From Erysipelothrix larvae (lineage in GTDB: Bacteria; Bacillota_I; Bacilli_A; Erysipelotrichales; Erysipelotrichaceae), in contig NZ_CP013213.1 of assembly GCF_001545095.1 (NCBI RefSeq), positions 1,320,001 through 1,352,000 of the forward strand: 32,000 nt of DNA, in the 5' to 3' direction. Numbering within the stretch: position 1 is the first letter of the stretch; each line of letters opens with the position of its first letter. The notes beneath the pieces were generated by a model, which was not told the origin of the DNA, made no database searches, and saw nothing but the letters and a program-made list of their open reading frames with translations. The position numbers were made by a program, and so were the translations under genes. Positions 18,071-26,422 of the stretch are shown piece after piece.

Positions 18071-18393
18071 TAATCACACCCTCCTTCGCGAATGCATACA
18101 TCATCATGCGTAATATAACGTTTGGTAAGTGCATTAAGTTTGGCAACTTTGTCTTGATTTAATCGGTAGCGAATCCAATTACCATCTTTTCGACTTGTGA
18201 CCAATTCACTCTCAACTAATATTTTCATGTGGTATGACAATGTTGGTTGTGTAATATGAAACGCCTCAAGTATATGACATGCACACAGTTCTTCTTGTGT
18301 TAACATCTCCATAATCTTTAATCGGGTTTCATCAGCCATAGCTTTAAACAAAATTACCGCTTCTATATTTGATATGTTTTGGTCTTTGTCCAT
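18070..18393 (-). CDS. arsR: ArsR family arsenite-responsive repressor
   Basis: ELCACHILEAF (CXC metalloid site) within an HTH. The probable ATG at 18393 (MDKDQN...) lies 6 nt after AGAGGA. The track start at 18408 would overlap arsA by 14 nt. Confidence 0.9.
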   Translation of the reverse strand: MDKDQNISNIEAVILFKAMADETRLKIMEMLTQEELCACHILEAFHITQPTLSYHMKILVESELVTSRKDGNWIRYRLNQDKVAKLNALTKRYITHDDVCIREGGCD

Positions 18394-18394
18394 T

Positions 18395-20164
18395 TTAGAT
18401 CCTCTCATTCATTAACGCTTTAATTGAATCCTCATTTATTGCTTCTGCAATCCAAGGAACAATTATGGTGTTGCCTTTTGTCTTTTCACTGATCGTGCTT
18501 ATCCAATGATATTCACTCATTTGTTTCGCTTTTAGAATGCTTGAACAAGTCTCAACATTCACTAAACTCGAATTTACAATCCACCATTTACTAAATATAT
18601 TCGCGCGTTGTAAGTCCTCAATTAACCGTGACGCTTCGAAATACGGGGTCGCTTCTGCTAAAGATACAATCACAACTTCTGTTTCGTTTTGATTTCTCAG
18701 TCTTGGTAATAGACGTTTCACAGATTCAGGGACTTCCCCTTGAGAGCGCGCAATTTCGTTGTGATAACTTTGAGTTGAGTCCAACAGCAATAATGTGTGT
18801 CCTGTTGGTGCAGTATCAATCACGATTATTTCATCACTTGAGCGATCAACAATTTCTGCAAAGGCACGAAATACAGCAATCTCTTGAGTACATGGTGAAC
18901 GAAGGTCTTCTTTAATATACTCTAAGTCTGCTTCATCCATCGTTTCCCGTGCAACTGAAAGGACTTCTTCTTGATACTTCAACAATTCTTTCTGTTCATC
19001 AATTTCACTCATTGTGATATTGTGGTGTTCTTTCAGAAATCCTTTAAGATGATTTGCTGGATCGGTTGTGGTAAGATGTACGCTTTGTCCTCTATTTGCT
19101 AAGCCAAGTGCAATTGCACATGCCATGGTTGTTTTACCAACGCCACCTTTTCCCATCGTAAAGATTATTTTCTTGTTTGTGGTAATCAAATCAGAAATTA
19201 GTGTATCAATTTCTTTACTATTTATCGTTGGTACTGCAGTTGTTTCGATCAAGGTATCTTTGTAAAGCAAATACCGCAGACTTTCGATACCTGTAACATT
19301 ATAAGACCTTAATGGGATCTCATAGGTTCTTAACAGTTCTAGCCCTTGTGGAAATTTACTCAGTGCAAGGTGTTGTTTATGGATCATGCTTTCTTCAATT
19401 GCATCATTTGAACTCTTGGTTATCATGCCATTTATCACAAGCACTTGATTTGAAATACCAATGTCTATGAGTTCTTTTGAGGCGCGTTCTGCTTCAAATA
19501 AAGGACTGGAATCTGCTTTAGCCACTAAGACGATCGTCGTTTTCGTGCGATCCCCTAAAATCTCAACAGCATCTGCATACTTTTGCTTGTTATCTTGTAA
19601 TCCAGACAGTTGTCCCAAACACGATGCGCCATGAGTGCTTTCTGATATAAAATGATCCCAAGCAGATGGAAGTTGAAGCATTCTCAGTGTATGCCCTGTT
19701 GGTGCTGTATCGAATATTATATAATCATAGGTATCAATACCATCATTATCTACAAGGTACTTGGTAAATTCATTAAATGCTGCAATTTCTACAGTACAAG
19801 ATCCCGATAATTGCTCCTTCATATTAGTTAATATGTTATCTGGGAGTTTACCAATATAGGGTTCAATTACTGAATCCCGATATGCTTGCGCGGCATCAAT
19901 TGGATTTAAATTAACCACCCATAGATTATCAACACCCTCTATGCGCGTTTGTGTGTTGGTTAGTTCTATTTCAAATACATCTTGCAAATTGCTGGCAGGG
20001 TCTGTAGAGATAAGTAACACTTTAAATCCTTTATCAGCGAGTGTCACTGCAGTAGCACACGCGACGGATGTTTTCCCAACCCCACCTTTACCTGTAAAAA
20101 ACATAAATTTCGTAATGGGTACAGAATCTAAATCAAACGGCTCAAATGTTCGTGATTGTACCAT
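18395..20164 (-). CDS. arsA: Arsenite-transporting ATPase ArsA (two-domain)
   Basis: Duplicated P-loops FTGKGGVGKTS and TMGKGGVGKTT, and duplicated DTAPTGHTL. Cys residues sit in LSGSCTVEIAAF, HGASCLGQ and LRSPCTQEIAVF. The ATG at 20164 shares one base with the arsD TGA. A GTG at 20173 is an alternative start. Confidence 0.95.
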   Translation of the reverse strand: MVQSRTFEPFDLDSVPITKFMFFTGKGGVGKTSVACATAVTLADKGFKVLLISTDPASNLQDVFEIELTNTQTRIEGVDNLWVVNLNPIDAAQAYRDSVIEPYIGKLPDNILTNMKEQLSGSCTVEIAAFNEFTKYLVDNDGIDTYDYIIFDTAPTGHTLRMLQLPSAWDHFISESTHGASCLGQLSGLQDNKQKYADAVEILGDRTKTTIVLVAKADSSPLFEAERASKELIDIGISNQVLVINGMITKSSNDAIEESMIHKQHLALSKFPQGLELLRTYEIPLRSYNVTGIESLRYLLYKDTLIETTAVPTINSKEIDTLISDLITTNKKIIFTMGKGGVGKTTMACAIALGLANRGQSVHLTTTDPANHLKGFLKEHHNITMSEIDEQKELLKYQEEVLSVARETMDEADLEYIKEDLRSPCTQEIAVFRAFAEIVDRSSDEIIVIDTAPTGHTLLLLDSTQSYHNEIARSQGEVPESVKRLLPRLRNQNETEVVIVSLAEATPYFEASRLIEDLQRANIFSKWWIVNSSLVNVETCSSILKAKQMSEYHWISTISEKTKGNTIIVPWIAEAINEDSIKALMNERI

Positions 20165-20508
20165 CAACAACACCCATTTTTACAATTGCATTTGGTAGGG
20201 TGCGCTTCATCATTTGCTTTAAACAAAAGATCAAACTCTTGATTTGATAAATACCCTTTAGTCTTAACAACCTTCCCATTGACTAATGTAATGGGTAGCG
20301 ATTCAGAATCTTTGTTGAGTAGTTCGCTTATCAATTGATTAGCAATAAATTCTTGAGGCTCATTTGTTAATTGATACCGACGAATATCAACCCCACTTTT
20401 CTCTAATCTATCTACAAGACTTGCGACACGCAATAATTCTTTATCTACACTGGTACCACACACGCCTGTTGAGCAACACATTGCTGGATCAAATATTTCA
20501 ATTTTCAT
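20164..20508 (-). CDS. arsD: Arsenic metallochaperone / weak repressor ArsD
   Basis: 114 aa. MKIEIFDPAMCCSTGVCG is the CC...C metalloid site. The C-terminus is Cys-rich (KCNCKNGCC). AAGGAG RBS upstream. Confidence 0.92.
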   Translation of the reverse strand: MKIEIFDPAMCCSTGVCGTSVDKELLRVASLVDRLEKSGVDIRRYQLTNEPQEFIANQLISELLNKDSESLPITLVNGKVVKTKGYLSNQEFDLLFKANDEAHPTKCNCKNGCC

Positions 20509-20533
20509 AGAATTTCTCCTTTATACTAAGGAT

Positions 20534-20578
20534 ATGATACATCTGTATATAGATATTTGTCAATATAGATATTTATCT
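20534..20578 (-). promoter_or_regulatory. ars operon promoter with repeat/palindrome operator candidates
   Basis: Minus strand: TTGACA (20558-20563), 18-nt spacer, TATCAT (20534-20539). ATATAGATATTT occurs twice (20547-20558 and 20563-20574). There are two palindromes: ATACA-TC-TGTAT (20537-20548) and AGATA-TT-TATCT (20567-20578). Confidence 0.65.
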
Positions 20579-20662
20579 ATGTGTTTGTTTTAGATTTTAA
20601 AACATGTGTCTAATAATTTTCAAGATACGGTATTGAAGATGTATGACGCCGCGTCCTACAAT

Positions 20663-20712
20663 AAAAAAAAACAGCACATGATCTTGAGACTCCATAGACC
20701 ATCATGCTGCTT
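20663..20712 (-). terminator. Rho-independent terminator after the aldo/keto reductase gene
   Basis: Minus strand: AGCAGCATGAT ... ATCATGTGCTG stem with one bulge and a loop of about 18 nt, followed by T9. Confidence 0.6.
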
Positions 20713-20760
20713 AATGTTAAATTTAAACTTACTTCTTGATACTTTCATTCAATAATATGC

Positions 20761-21588
20761 TTAGAATTCTTGGTAGATTGCTGGATCTTGACCTTTGAGT
20801 CGTCCAAACACATTTGAAAGATTGTTAATGCGTTGAATATCACAGCTTTCTAGTTCGAAATCAAAGATATCTAGGTTTTCTTTTTGTCGAATATCTGTTG
20901 CGGATTTTGGGATTGGAAGCACGTGAAGATGCAGTTCCCACCTTAATACAATTTGCGCGGGCGTTTTGTGATACTTTATTTGAAGTTCTTTGAATAATGG
21001 ATGTTCTAAGATTCCAGTATCTCTTCCCAAGGGACTCCATGCTTGTGTCACGATCCCCTTTGACGTGTTATATTCTCGTGAAATAATTTGATTAAAGCTT
21101 GGATGACACTCAATTTGATTAAGCGAAGGGGTCACACCAGTTTCTTTAATCAATCTGTCAATGTGTTCAGGCAGGAAGTTGGACACACCAATGCTCTTCA
21201 CCAACCCTCTACGTTTTGCTTCAACTAAAGCACGCCACGCTTCGACGTATTTGTCTTCTCGTGGGTTTGGCCAGTGAATTAAATAGATGTCAAACGCATC
21301 AAGTCCTGATCGACTCAAAGACTCTTGAATTGTTAGTAAGGCAGCATCATATGCATGATATCGTCCAGGCAACTTTGATGTTACAAGGATTTCTTCTCGC
21401 TTAATTTTGCTTTGACGAATGGCTTCACCCACAGTTCCTTCATTTTCATAATTGAATGCGGAATCAAGCAAACGATATCCGTTTTGTAAAGCACTCACGA
21501 TTGCATGGACACCCATTTCCCCTTTTAAGCCATACGTTCCAAATCCGATATCTGGTAACACTGTTCCATCATTTAAAATAAATGTCAT
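20761..21588 (-). CDS. Aldo/keto reductase (YtbE/YvgN, 2,5-diketo-D-gluconate reductase-like)
   Basis: MTFILNDGTVLPDIGFGTY...LDSAFNYENE...LIHWP...IGVSNF...QIECHP. The ATG at 21588 lies 6 nt after GGGGTG. The track GTG at 21597 overlaps that RBS. Confidence 0.9.
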   Translation of the reverse strand: MTFILNDGTVLPDIGFGTYGLKGEMGVHAIVSALQNGYRLLDSAFNYENEGTVGEAIRQSKIKREEILVTSKLPGRYHAYDAALLTIQESLSRSGLDAFDIYLIHWPNPREDKYVEAWRALVEAKRRGLVKSIGVSNFLPEHIDRLIKETGVTPSLNQIECHPSFNQIISREYNTSKGIVTQAWSPLGRDTGILEHPLFKELQIKYHKTPAQIVLRWELHLHVLPIPKSATDIRQKENLDIFDFELESCDIQRINNLSNVFGRLKGQDPAIYQEF

Positions 21589-21611
21589 CTCACTCACCCC
21601 TTTGTGAAAGA

Positions 21612-21640
21612 ATTATATCAACGAGTATATCAGATTTAAA
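21612..21640 (-). promoter_or_regulatory. Candidate extended -10 promoter for the aldo/keto reductase
   Basis: Minus strand: TTTAAA (21635-21640), 17-nt spacer ending in TGA, TATAAT (21612-21617). The TGnTATAAT match is perfect. Confidence 0.55.
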
Positions 21641-21692
21641 CGGATATGCAACACAATCCAAAACTTTATTTATTAATCATTTTCTATGCCTA

Positions 21693-21724
21693 TAAAAATA
21701 AAGAAAAGCTGAGGAATCTCAGCT
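21693..21724 (-). terminator. Rho-independent terminator after the ABC exporter operon
   Basis: Minus strand: AGCTGAG-ATTC-CTCAGCT immediately after the TAA, followed by TTTTCTTTATTTTT. Confidence 0.7.
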
Positions 21725-23631
21725 TAATCTTCAATTAACATATCTTCAAATTGGCTGTTGTACAGTTTTGCATAGAAGCCATCTTTTGCAAGTAATGAGT
21801 CATGGGTTCCTTGTTCAACAATATCCCCTTTATCCATTACAAGGATTAAATCCGCATTCTTGATGGTTGAAAGTCTATGGGCGATTACAAAGCTTGTTCT
21901 TCCTTGTGATAAGTTGTCCATTGCCTTTTGAATCAATATTTCTGTACGTGTATCAATCGATGAGGTTGCTTCATCCAAAATCAGGATTTCTGGATCTGCT
22001 AGAATTGCACGCGCAATTGTCAGCAATTGCTTTTGACCTTGTGATACATTATTTGCTTCTTCATTGATTAAAGATTCATAACCATGTGGCAAGGTTCTGA
22101 CAAAGTGGTCTACTTGTGCTGCTTTTGCTGCTTGATAGACTTCTTCATCACTTGCTTCAAGTTTACCATAACGAATGTTTTCTAGGATTGATCCTGAATA
22201 TAACCATGTATCTTGAAGGACCATGCCAAATACCGTTCTAAGATCATCTTTTACATAATCTTTAATATCATGACCATTGAGTAAGATTGCACCTTTTGAT
22301 ACATCATAGAATCTCATCAAGAGTTTAACAATTGTAGTTTTACCTGCGCCTGTGGGACCGACGATTGCGACTTTTTGACCCGGTTTAATATGAGCGGTAA
22401 AGTCGTGAATGACTTGAACATCTTCTGAGTAGCCAAAGGATACGTGATCAAAGGTTACCAAATCATGATCACTATCATTACGATCATAAGCAAGTCCATC
22501 ATCAAGCTTAATGGCATCTTTGACATCTTCAACTTCTTCAGGAACATCTAAGAACTCAAACACACGTTCTGCAGCAGCAGCGGTTTGTTGGAGTACATTT
22601 GAAATGTTTGCGATTTGTGAAATTGGTTGGTTAAATGAACGCACGTATTGAATGAATGATTGAATACCACCCACAGTCATGGAACCATTGGTTGCAAGAT
22701 AGCCTCCGAGGATACAGATTGCAACATATGAGATATTCCCAATAATGTTTACAATCGGCATCATCAATCCACTTAAGAAGTTTGACTTCCATGCTGAGTT
22801 GTATAGATCACTGTTTGCTTGAGTAAAGGTATTCATTGAATCTTCTTCACCATTAAACGCTTTAACGATCACATGACTTCCGAACATTTCTTCAATATGA
22901 CCATTCACAGTTCCCAATGATTTTTGTTGTTGAACAAAGAAGTTTTGGGAGCGTTTCACGATTGCCATTACCGATACTGCTGAGAGTGGTAAAGTCACAA
23001 GTGATACCAGTGTCATTTGCCAGCTAATCGAGAACATCATAATCAAAATCCCGATGAGTGATGTAATCGATGTAATAATTTGGGTAATTCCTTGATTGAG
23101 TGATTGGTTAATTGTATCCACATCATTGGTAATATGACTCAATATTTCACCATGGTTTTTGGTATCATAGAACCCTAATGGTAATTTGTGAATTTTATCA
23201 TTCATATCAGTACGTAAACGTTTTGAAACATCTGCGGTAATGCCAGACATAATGTAGCCTTGAACAAAGGACAACAAGGCACTAATTCCATAGATAACAA
23301 CAAGCCAGGTAAGGATGGATCCAATTGCTCCAAAGTCAATGTTTCCAGCTCCGGTCACTTTTGCCATGAGTCCTGTAAAGAGTTCATCGGTTGCTTTTCC
23401 TAAGATTTTAGGACCAACGATTGTAAATACGGTTGAAGCAATTGCGAAAATCCATACCACAATAATTAAATACTTGTAGTTTCCTAAATAGTTTATCAGA
23501 CGTTTAATTGACCCTTTAAAGTCTTTTGCCTTTTCAACCGGGCCACGCATTCCACCGCCATGACCGCCACCCATCGGTCCGCCACGACGTGGTTGAGGAT
23601 TTTTTATTGTTTGTGTATCTTTTGTACTCAT
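21724..23631 (-). CDS. ABC exporter permease/ATPase subunit (consensus Walker B, degenerate signature)
   Basis: 635 aa with a Gly-rich N-terminus RRGGPMGGGHGGGMRGP and 6 TM. Walker A GPTGAGKTT, Walker B ILILDEATSSID, signature VSQGQKQ in place of LSGGQ. Confidence 0.9.
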   Translation of the reverse strand: MSTKDTQTIKNPQPRRGGPMGGGHGGGMRGPVEKAKDFKGSIKRLINYLGNYKYLIIVVWIFAIASTVFTIVGPKILGKATDELFTGLMAKVTGAGNIDFGAIGSILTWLVVIYGISALLSFVQGYIMSGITADVSKRLRTDMNDKIHKLPLGFYDTKNHGEILSHITNDVDTINQSLNQGITQIITSITSLIGILIMMFSISWQMTLVSLVTLPLSAVSVMAIVKRSQNFFVQQQKSLGTVNGHIEEMFGSHVIVKAFNGEEDSMNTFTQANSDLYNSAWKSNFLSGLMMPIVNIIGNISYVAICILGGYLATNGSMTVGGIQSFIQYVRSFNQPISQIANISNVLQQTAAAAERVFEFLDVPEEVEDVKDAIKLDDGLAYDRNDSDHDLVTFDHVSFGYSEDVQVIHDFTAHIKPGQKVAIVGPTGAGKTTIVKLLMRFYDVSKGAILLNGHDIKDYVKDDLRTVFGMVLQDTWLYSGSILENIRYGKLEASDEEVYQAAKAAQVDHFVRTLPHGYESLINEEANNVSQGQKQLLTIARAILADPEILILDEATSSIDTRTEILIQKAMDNLSQGRTSFVIAHRLSTIKNADLILVMDKGDIVEQGTHDSLLAKDGFYAKLYNSQFEDMLIED

Positions 23632-25835
23632 CCGTTTAGTTCCTCCTCTGATAGTTGTGAAGACGCGATTTCATAATATTGAGGACAGGTTGAAAGGAGT
23701 TCTTTATGGGTTCCTTTTCCAACAATTACACCATCTTCAAGTACGATAATTTGATCGGCGTTCATAATTGTATTAACACGTTGTGCAACAATAATCATCG
23801 TTGCATCACCGGTATATTCTTTGAGTTCTTTTCTAAGAATTGCATCCGTCTTGAAATCAAGTGCTGAGAAACTATCATCAAACACAAAGATATCGGGATT
23901 TTTTGTAAGGGCACGTGCGATACTGAGGCGTTGTTTTTGCCCCCCAGACACATTTGTTCCCCCTTGGGCAATCAAAGAATCATACCCATCTTCTTTTTCA
24001 GAGATAAACCCTGCTGCTTGAGCAACGCGTGCAGAAGCATGTACACCTTCTTGAGTTGCTTGAGGTGCACCATAGCGTAGGTTTGATTCAATAGTTCCAG
24101 ATAGGAGGACACCTTTTTGCGGTACATACCCAATTCTTTCACGCAAATCATGTTGGGTTACATCTTTAACATTGATATTATCAACGTTGATTTCACCTGT
24201 TGTGACGTCATAAAAGCGTAATAACAAGCTTGCGATTGTTGATTTACCTGAACCTGTTGGTCCAATAATTGCGGTTGTTTCGCCTGGTTTTGCAACAAAG
24301 CTAATATCACGCAATGTATCTTCATCAGAATCACCATATCTAAAGGATACATGTTTAAACTCAACAATCCCTTGTGCATCTTTTTCATAAGATTGTGGTT
24401 GTTTTGGATCAACAATACTTACTTCGGTTTCAAGTACTTCCATAATACGGTCCGCTGATACTGCAGCACGAGGAACAAATACAAACATCATCGTGATCAT
24501 TAAGAACGACATAATAATTTGCATTGCATATTGAATGAAAGCCATCATATCCCCAACTTGCATGGAAGAGTTCGCAATTTGGTGCGCACCAACCCAAACG
24601 ATCATTAAGGTCACACCATTCATGACAAAACTCATTGCAGGCATCATTGTATTCATAGCACGATTCACAAAGCGACTTGTTTTCGCTAAGATATCATTGG
24701 CATCTTCAAACCGCCCTTTTTCATAGTCTTGTGTTGCAAAGGCCCGAATAACCATCAAACCACTTAAATTCTCACGAGACACTAAATTCAAGTTATCCAC
24801 GAGTTTTTGCATACTCTTGAATTTAGGCATGACCACAACCATAATTGCACCAATTAAAAGAATCAAGATTAGACATGCAAGTGCAATAATCCATGCCATT
24901 GATGTGGATTGTCTTAACGCCATATACGTACCACCAATTGCCATAATTGGTGCATAACATAGCATCCTGATTCCCATACCAATAAGCATTTGAATTTGAG
25001 TAATGTCATTGGTTGTACGTGTAATGAGCGATGCTGTTGAGAAGTTATCAAATTCTGCATTTGAGAAACTTTCTACTTTTTCAAAGACATCATGACGCAA
25101 ATCACGGGCAACACCTGCTGCGATTCGTGAAGATAATAAGCTCACAAGAACCGTTGCAAGACCCCCTAAAAAGGCAATCCCTAACATTCTAATTCCGATG
25201 TTAATGATGTAATCACGTTGTAGATTCGAAATATTGATCCCTAACTCAGTATAGAATGCACGCGACAATACCATACCACTTTGTGTCATAATTGACGCAT
25301 CAACCGAATTGGATTCACGCAGTGACACGATGGTGCTCTCAGGTAATTGACTCACCATTGGAATGAGTTGATACAACTGATTCATATCTAATGAGTCCGT
25401 ATCAATTGATGTAATACTTCCACCCGATTGACCAGATTGTTCTTGGAAAAATGAAATCATGGTCCATGTTGCACGACCAAAGATTGCATCAAGAGTATCC
25501 AACTCATCGTGTGACACAGATCCACGAACATAAATTGTTTCAAGATTTGTAACCAATGTATACCCTTTATAATCACTGACATTGGTCAATGTATAATGTT
25601 GTTTTACGATATCTTTTTCATCTGAAGTCATAAATGAGAGCATGAGATTAAATCCATTCTCACTTATCACTTCTGGTGCTGAATATTCAATCCCGTTTTG
25701 TTGGATCCCAACATTCACAATGTCTGACATGTAGTTTGGCAGATTCAAATCCGCAAATGCTTGTCCAAACAATAGTAAAATCGCAAAGAATACCCCCAAT
25801 AAATAGGGTTTTAAATACTTCTTAAGTTTTAACAT
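23628..25835 (-). CDS. ABC exporter permease/ATPase subunit with large TM1-TM2 insertion (degenerate Walker B)
   Basis: 735 aa. TM1 is about aa 10-28 and the next hydrophobic span starts about aa 212. Walker A GPTGSGKST, signature VSGGQKQRLSIARAL, Walker B region IFVFDDSFSALD (Asp replaces the catalytic Glu). ATGA overlap with the downstream subunit. Confidence 0.88.
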   Translation of the reverse strand: MLKLKKYLKPYLLGVFFAILLLFGQAFADLNLPNYMSDIVNVGIQQNGIEYSAPEVISENGFNLMLSFMTSDEKDIVKQHYTLTNVSDYKGYTLVTNLETIYVRGSVSHDELDTLDAIFGRATWTMISFFQEQSGQSGGSITSIDTDSLDMNQLYQLIPMVSQLPESTIVSLRESNSVDASIMTQSGMVLSRAFYTELGINISNLQRDYIINIGIRMLGIAFLGGLATVLVSLLSSRIAAGVARDLRHDVFEKVESFSNAEFDNFSTASLITRTTNDITQIQMLIGMGIRMLCYAPIMAIGGTYMALRQSTSMAWIIALACLILILLIGAIMVVVMPKFKSMQKLVDNLNLVSRENLSGLMVIRAFATQDYEKGRFEDANDILAKTSRFVNRAMNTMMPAMSFVMNGVTLMIVWVGAHQIANSSMQVGDMMAFIQYAMQIIMSFLMITMMFVFVPRAAVSADRIMEVLETEVSIVDPKQPQSYEKDAQGIVEFKHVSFRYGDSDEDTLRDISFVAKPGETTAIIGPTGSGKSTIASLLLRFYDVTTGEINVDNINVKDVTQHDLRERIGYVPQKGVLLSGTIESNLRYGAPQATQEGVHASARVAQAAGFISEKEDGYDSLIAQGGTNVSGGQKQRLSIARALTKNPDIFVFDDSFSALDFKTDAILRKELKEYTGDATMIIVAQRVNTIMNADQIIVLEDGVIVGKGTHKELLSTCPQYYEIASSQLSEEELNG

Positions 25836-25837
25836 AC

Positions 25838-26308
25838 TTACTCCTTATTCTCATATTTTGCGTTATTTTTATCAATCACTCTTTGACCTGCTTCCACAAG
25901 TTTTTGTGTGAAAGCACTAAATTGTTTAATTTCTTCATCAGAAATAGACTCAAAAATCTCATCCATCATTTCATCCATTCTGGCATTCATTGTATGAATG
26001 GTATCACTCCCTAAGGGTGTTAAGGTCAACGCAAATTTTCGTCGATCATTTGGATCGATATCGCGTCGGATGTATCCCTTATCTTCCAGACTTGCAATGG
26101 TCTGTGACACTGCGGATTGTGAGATATTGAGAAATTTTTGAATCTTCTTGACATTAAACTTTGATTCAGGAAATTCCTCAGCACGTTGAATATTCATTAA
26201 TATCATCAGTTCAGTAAATTGCATGGTTCCATCAACGCGCATGTGATGTGGAAACTTTCGCAGTCGATTTAATGCTGTGAAGAATTCATTTCGCTTATTT
26301 GTCTCCAT
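25838..26308 (-). CDS. MarR family transcriptional regulator (first gene of exporter operon)
   Basis: 156 aa, ...ISQSAVSQTIASLEDKGYIRRDIDPNDRRKFALTLTPLG... Its stop is 2 nt from the ABC gene start. Confidence 0.88.
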   Translation of the reverse strand: METNKRNEFFTALNRLRKFPHHMRVDGTMQFTELMILMNIQRAEEFPESKFNVKKIQKFLNISQSAVSQTIASLEDKGYIRRDIDPNDRRKFALTLTPLGSDTIHTMNARMDEMMDEIFESISDEEIKQFSAFTQKLVEAGQRVIDKNNAKYENKE

Positions 26309-26326
26309 TTTCTATTACCCCTTAAT

Positions 26327-26370
26327 ATATAAGTACTTATACATTATGCCTATAATACCCCTTTATGTCA
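26327..26370 (-). promoter_or_regulatory. Promoter of marR-ABC operon with 14-bp perfect palindrome operator candidate
   Basis: Minus strand: TTGACA (26365-26370), 17-nt spacer, CATAAT (26342-26347). TATAAGTACTTATA (26327-26340) lies between the -10 and the RBS. Confidence 0.7.
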
Positions 26371-26371
26371 A

Positions 26372-26411
26372 CTAAAAAGAATCGAATATTTTAAAAAAAT
26401 AGACGATTCTT
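26372..26411 (-). terminator. Candidate terminator after the MBL-fold gene
   Basis: AAAGAATCG (26375-26383) pairs with CGATTCTTT (26403-26411) around a 19-nt AT-rich loop. On the minus strand the stem runs into TTTTT. Confidence 0.45.
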
Positions 26412-26422
26412 TATGAAAGTGT

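Noticed and set aside
16587-20760. The possibility that the ars cluster is a mobile genomic island.
   Set aside because: No integrase, transposase or recombinase gene, no flanking direct or inverted repeats and no tRNA were seen. Base composition looks similar to the flanks by eye. This cannot be excluded without comparative genomics.
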